DNA from: Clostridia bacterium
GTDB taxonomy: Bacteria > Bacillota > Clostridia > Christensenellales > UBA1242
Reading direction: 5' to 3'
Assembly: GCA_017541375.1 (NCBI GenBank)
Contig: JAFXZE010000005.1
Span: 213,919 to 245,918 of the forward strand
DNA length: 32,000 bases
A program made the position numbers and the translations under genes. Below, in pieces: positions 30,151-32,000 of this stretch. Under the pieces are notes generated by a model, which was given only the letters and a program-made list of their open reading frames with translations, had not been told where the DNA came from and did not search any database. Each line of letters opens with the position of its first letter. Position 1 is the stretch's first letter.

Positions 30151-31203
30151 TTAATCATTTATAAAATCTCGCAAACGCTTACTTCGGCTAGGATTACGCA
30201 GCTTTTTTAGTGCCTTAGCCTCAATTTGTCGAATACGCTCCCTAGTTACATTAAATTCTTTTCCTACTTCCTCTAATGTTCGAGGATGTGCATCATCCAG
30301 TCCATACCTTAGCCTAATTACCTTTTGTTCCCTTGGAGTAAGAGTTTCGATAACGGCTAGTAATTGCTCTTTTAACATAGTCTGAATGACATTTTCTGAC
30401 GGAGATTTGGCATTTTCATCGACAACAAAGTCATAAAACTCACTATCCCCCTCTTCTCCGGTAGGAGTTTCAAGACTGGTGGGTTCTTGAGCCACTTTTC
30501 TTATTTCTGCAATCTTTTCCTCACTCATCCCCATTGCCTGAGCAATCTCAGCTTCTGTTGGTTCTCTCCCCAGCTTTTGCCACAGTTGTCTAGCCGTACG
30601 AGCTAGCTTATTTATAGTCTCCACCATATGCACAGGGATTCTGATTGTGCGGGCTTGGTCAGCAATGGCACGAGATATCGCTTGTCTAATCCACCATGTA
30701 CCGTATGTAGAAAACTTTAACCCTCTGTGATAGTCAAAACGCTCTACAGCCCTGATTAGTCCTATATTTCCCTCTTGAATAAGGTCGCTAAAGCTCATGC
30801 TAGTTTTTCCTAAATATCGCTTGGCAAATGCAACTACTAGACGCAAATTAGACTCGATAAGCAAGCGTTTTGCTTCCTCATCACCACTCATCATCTTTTT
30901 GCCGAGCTCGAGTTCTTGCTCTGGAGAAAGTAGCTCTACCTTACCGATATCCTTAAAGTACATTTTGATAGGGTCATTGATATTTGCTTGATTCATCAAG
31001 TTTTCGATCATGATCTCATCTTCAGTAGTAAGTTCCCCAGCCTTTCGTATCTCCAAACCTTCATTTTTTAGCTGTGTCAGTACTGCATCGATTTCCTCAG
31101 GAGTAGCATCAGCATCCATCAGTATCATAGCTACATCGTCTTCGCTAATCCCTTTTTTGGCTTGTTCTCTTATCTTTTCAATTTCATTCTTAAACTTATC
31201 CAT
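30151..31203 (-). CDS. rpoD: Primary sigma-70 factor
   Basis: Region 2 is [37 protein letters not shown], region 3 is IRIPVHMVE, and region 4 is [20 protein letters not shown]. The start overlaps the dnaG stop by 8 nt (ATGGATAA). Confidence 0.95.
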   Translation of the reverse strand: MDKFKNEIEKIREQAKKGISEDDVAMILMDADATPEEIDAVLTQLKNEGLEIRKAGELTTEDEIMIENLMNQANINDPIKMYFKDIGKVELLSPEQELELGKKMMSGDEEAKRLLIESNLRLVVAFAKRYLGKTSMSFSDLIQEGNIGLIRAVERFDYHRGLKFSTYGTWWIRQAISRAIADQARTIRIPVHMVETINKLARTARQLWQKLGREPTEAEIAQAMGMSEEKIAEIRKVAQEPTSLETPTGEEGDSEFYDFVVDENAKSPSENVIQTMLKEQLLAVIETLTPREQKVIRLRYGLDDAHPRTLEEVGKEFNVTRERIRQIEAKALKKLRNPSRSKRLRDFIND

Positions 31204-32000
31204 TGATATTTCCCTTATGTTTTTTTAGTTTCTGTTTTGATAACGACAGTCTCTTTACCGAATACTCTGTTTGATATTCTTCAAATTTTGCTTTCAGTTC
31301 TTCCAATTTTTTTGTTAGTTCTATCACTGTTTTCATTGCTATATCTCTCTCTAGCGTATCATTAGCCTTAGCACACTTTCTCTGAGCTTCATCTTTTTGG
31401 CGTTTTAATGCTCGCTCACGATTGCGCAATACGCAACTAGCAAAACTTAGCTCTGGAAAAGGGTCTGGTACAAATTCATATTTTACTACTTCACCTAGTA
31501 GTGGTGAGGAATTTTCCACATCCACCACGCTATATAGCCCACCTACAGTAGGCACAATGTTTTTTGAATACGCCTCTAGTATATATGAATAGCATTTTTG
31601 TAAGCCCACATCCACAAACTCTAGTCCTTCTATGTCTATATTAGCGGTATATGATTTGTGATTTAAAATACTAGCTAATATAAATAAATCTGCCAGTGTA
31701 TAGCCGTCTTTTTTCACTTCTTTTACAGGTTCACTCTCTTCCACCTCATCACGAGATTGTTTTTTCTCAATTTTTAGTTTTTTTAAATCGCTCCTTAAAA
31801 TCTCTATCGGAGTAGAGCTAAATTTGTGTATTATCGGCAGGTATGAATCTTGCTCACTCTCAGAATCTAATTCTTTAATAACTTTGAGGCTCTCTTCTAT
31901 AAAGTGAGCACACTCGCTTGGCTCGTTTAGATTGAAGCTTTCTGCTAGTGAATATATCTTAAACTTGATTCCTTCGACTGCATTATCCAAGAGATTATCC
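31196..32000 (-). CDS. dnaG: DNA primase, C-terminal part (N-terminus beyond the window end)
   Basis: The frame stays open to position 32000, so the track start at 31990 is an internal TTG. The gene sits immediately upstream of rpoD and overlaps it, as in the conserved dnaG-rpoD operon. Only the poorly conserved C-terminal helicase-interaction region is visible, so the call rests mainly on synteny. Confidence 0.65.
   Translation of the reverse strand, partial: DNLLDNAVEGIKFKIYSLAESFNLNEPSECAHFIEESLKVIKELDSESEQDSYLPIIHKFSSTPIEILRSDLKKLKIEKKQSRDEVEESEPVKEVKKDGYTLADLFILASILNHKSYTANIDIEGLEFVDVGLQKCYSYILEAYSKNIVPTVGGLYSVVDVENSSPLLGEVVKYEFVPDPFPELSFASCVLRNRERALKRQKDEAQRKCAKANDTLERDIAMKTVIELTKKLEELKAKFEEYQTEYSVKRLSLSKQKLKKHKGNING

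Noticed and set aside
1-32000. CRISPR array, rRNA, IS element, or alternative genetic code (TGA = Trp)
   Set aside because: I saw no regularly spaced direct repeats, no rRNA-like conserved blocks and no transposase motifs. All long genes are intact under the standard code and use TGG for Trp, so code 4 is unnecessary.

Overview
This is a low-GC bacterial chromosome segment read with the standard genetic code, and its promoters have the Bacillota or Mollicutes-like form TTGaca-17-TGnTATAAT. Most genes lie on the minus strand. The right half is a housekeeping run: dnaG (partial), rpoD/sigA, a COG1579 zinc-ribbon protein, tex, a 175-aa unknown, a gutted proS remnant, a membrane protein and a DUF362 protein. 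Next come a MerR regulator with a textbook 19-bp-spacer operator, an SGNH hydrolase, and several uncharacterised envelope genes with their own terminators. The left end holds an uninterrupted minus-strand ORF of at least 1941 codons (1..5823). It is missing from the ORF track because it runs off the window. It encodes a giant lipoprotein with a Big_2 domain and many FN3-like modules. The middle contains a methyltransferase behind two perfect DnaA boxes, a fused MacB-type ABC transporter, a metG operon with two unknown genes, and a tRNA-Gly/tRNA-Leu pair. The most interesting locus is at the tRNAs. The last 20 nt of tRNA-Leu recur 3.15 kb downstream, inside a degenerate 146-nt tRNA-Leu-like element. 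The two copies bracket an AT-rich islet whose only cargo is a 905-aa fusion of an SF1 helicase and a Vsr/DUF2726-type nuclease, with an unassigned N-terminal domain. I propose it as a candidate single-gene defence module. A related scar sits just after tRNA-Gly. I saw no CRISPR array, rRNA, transposase or integrase.
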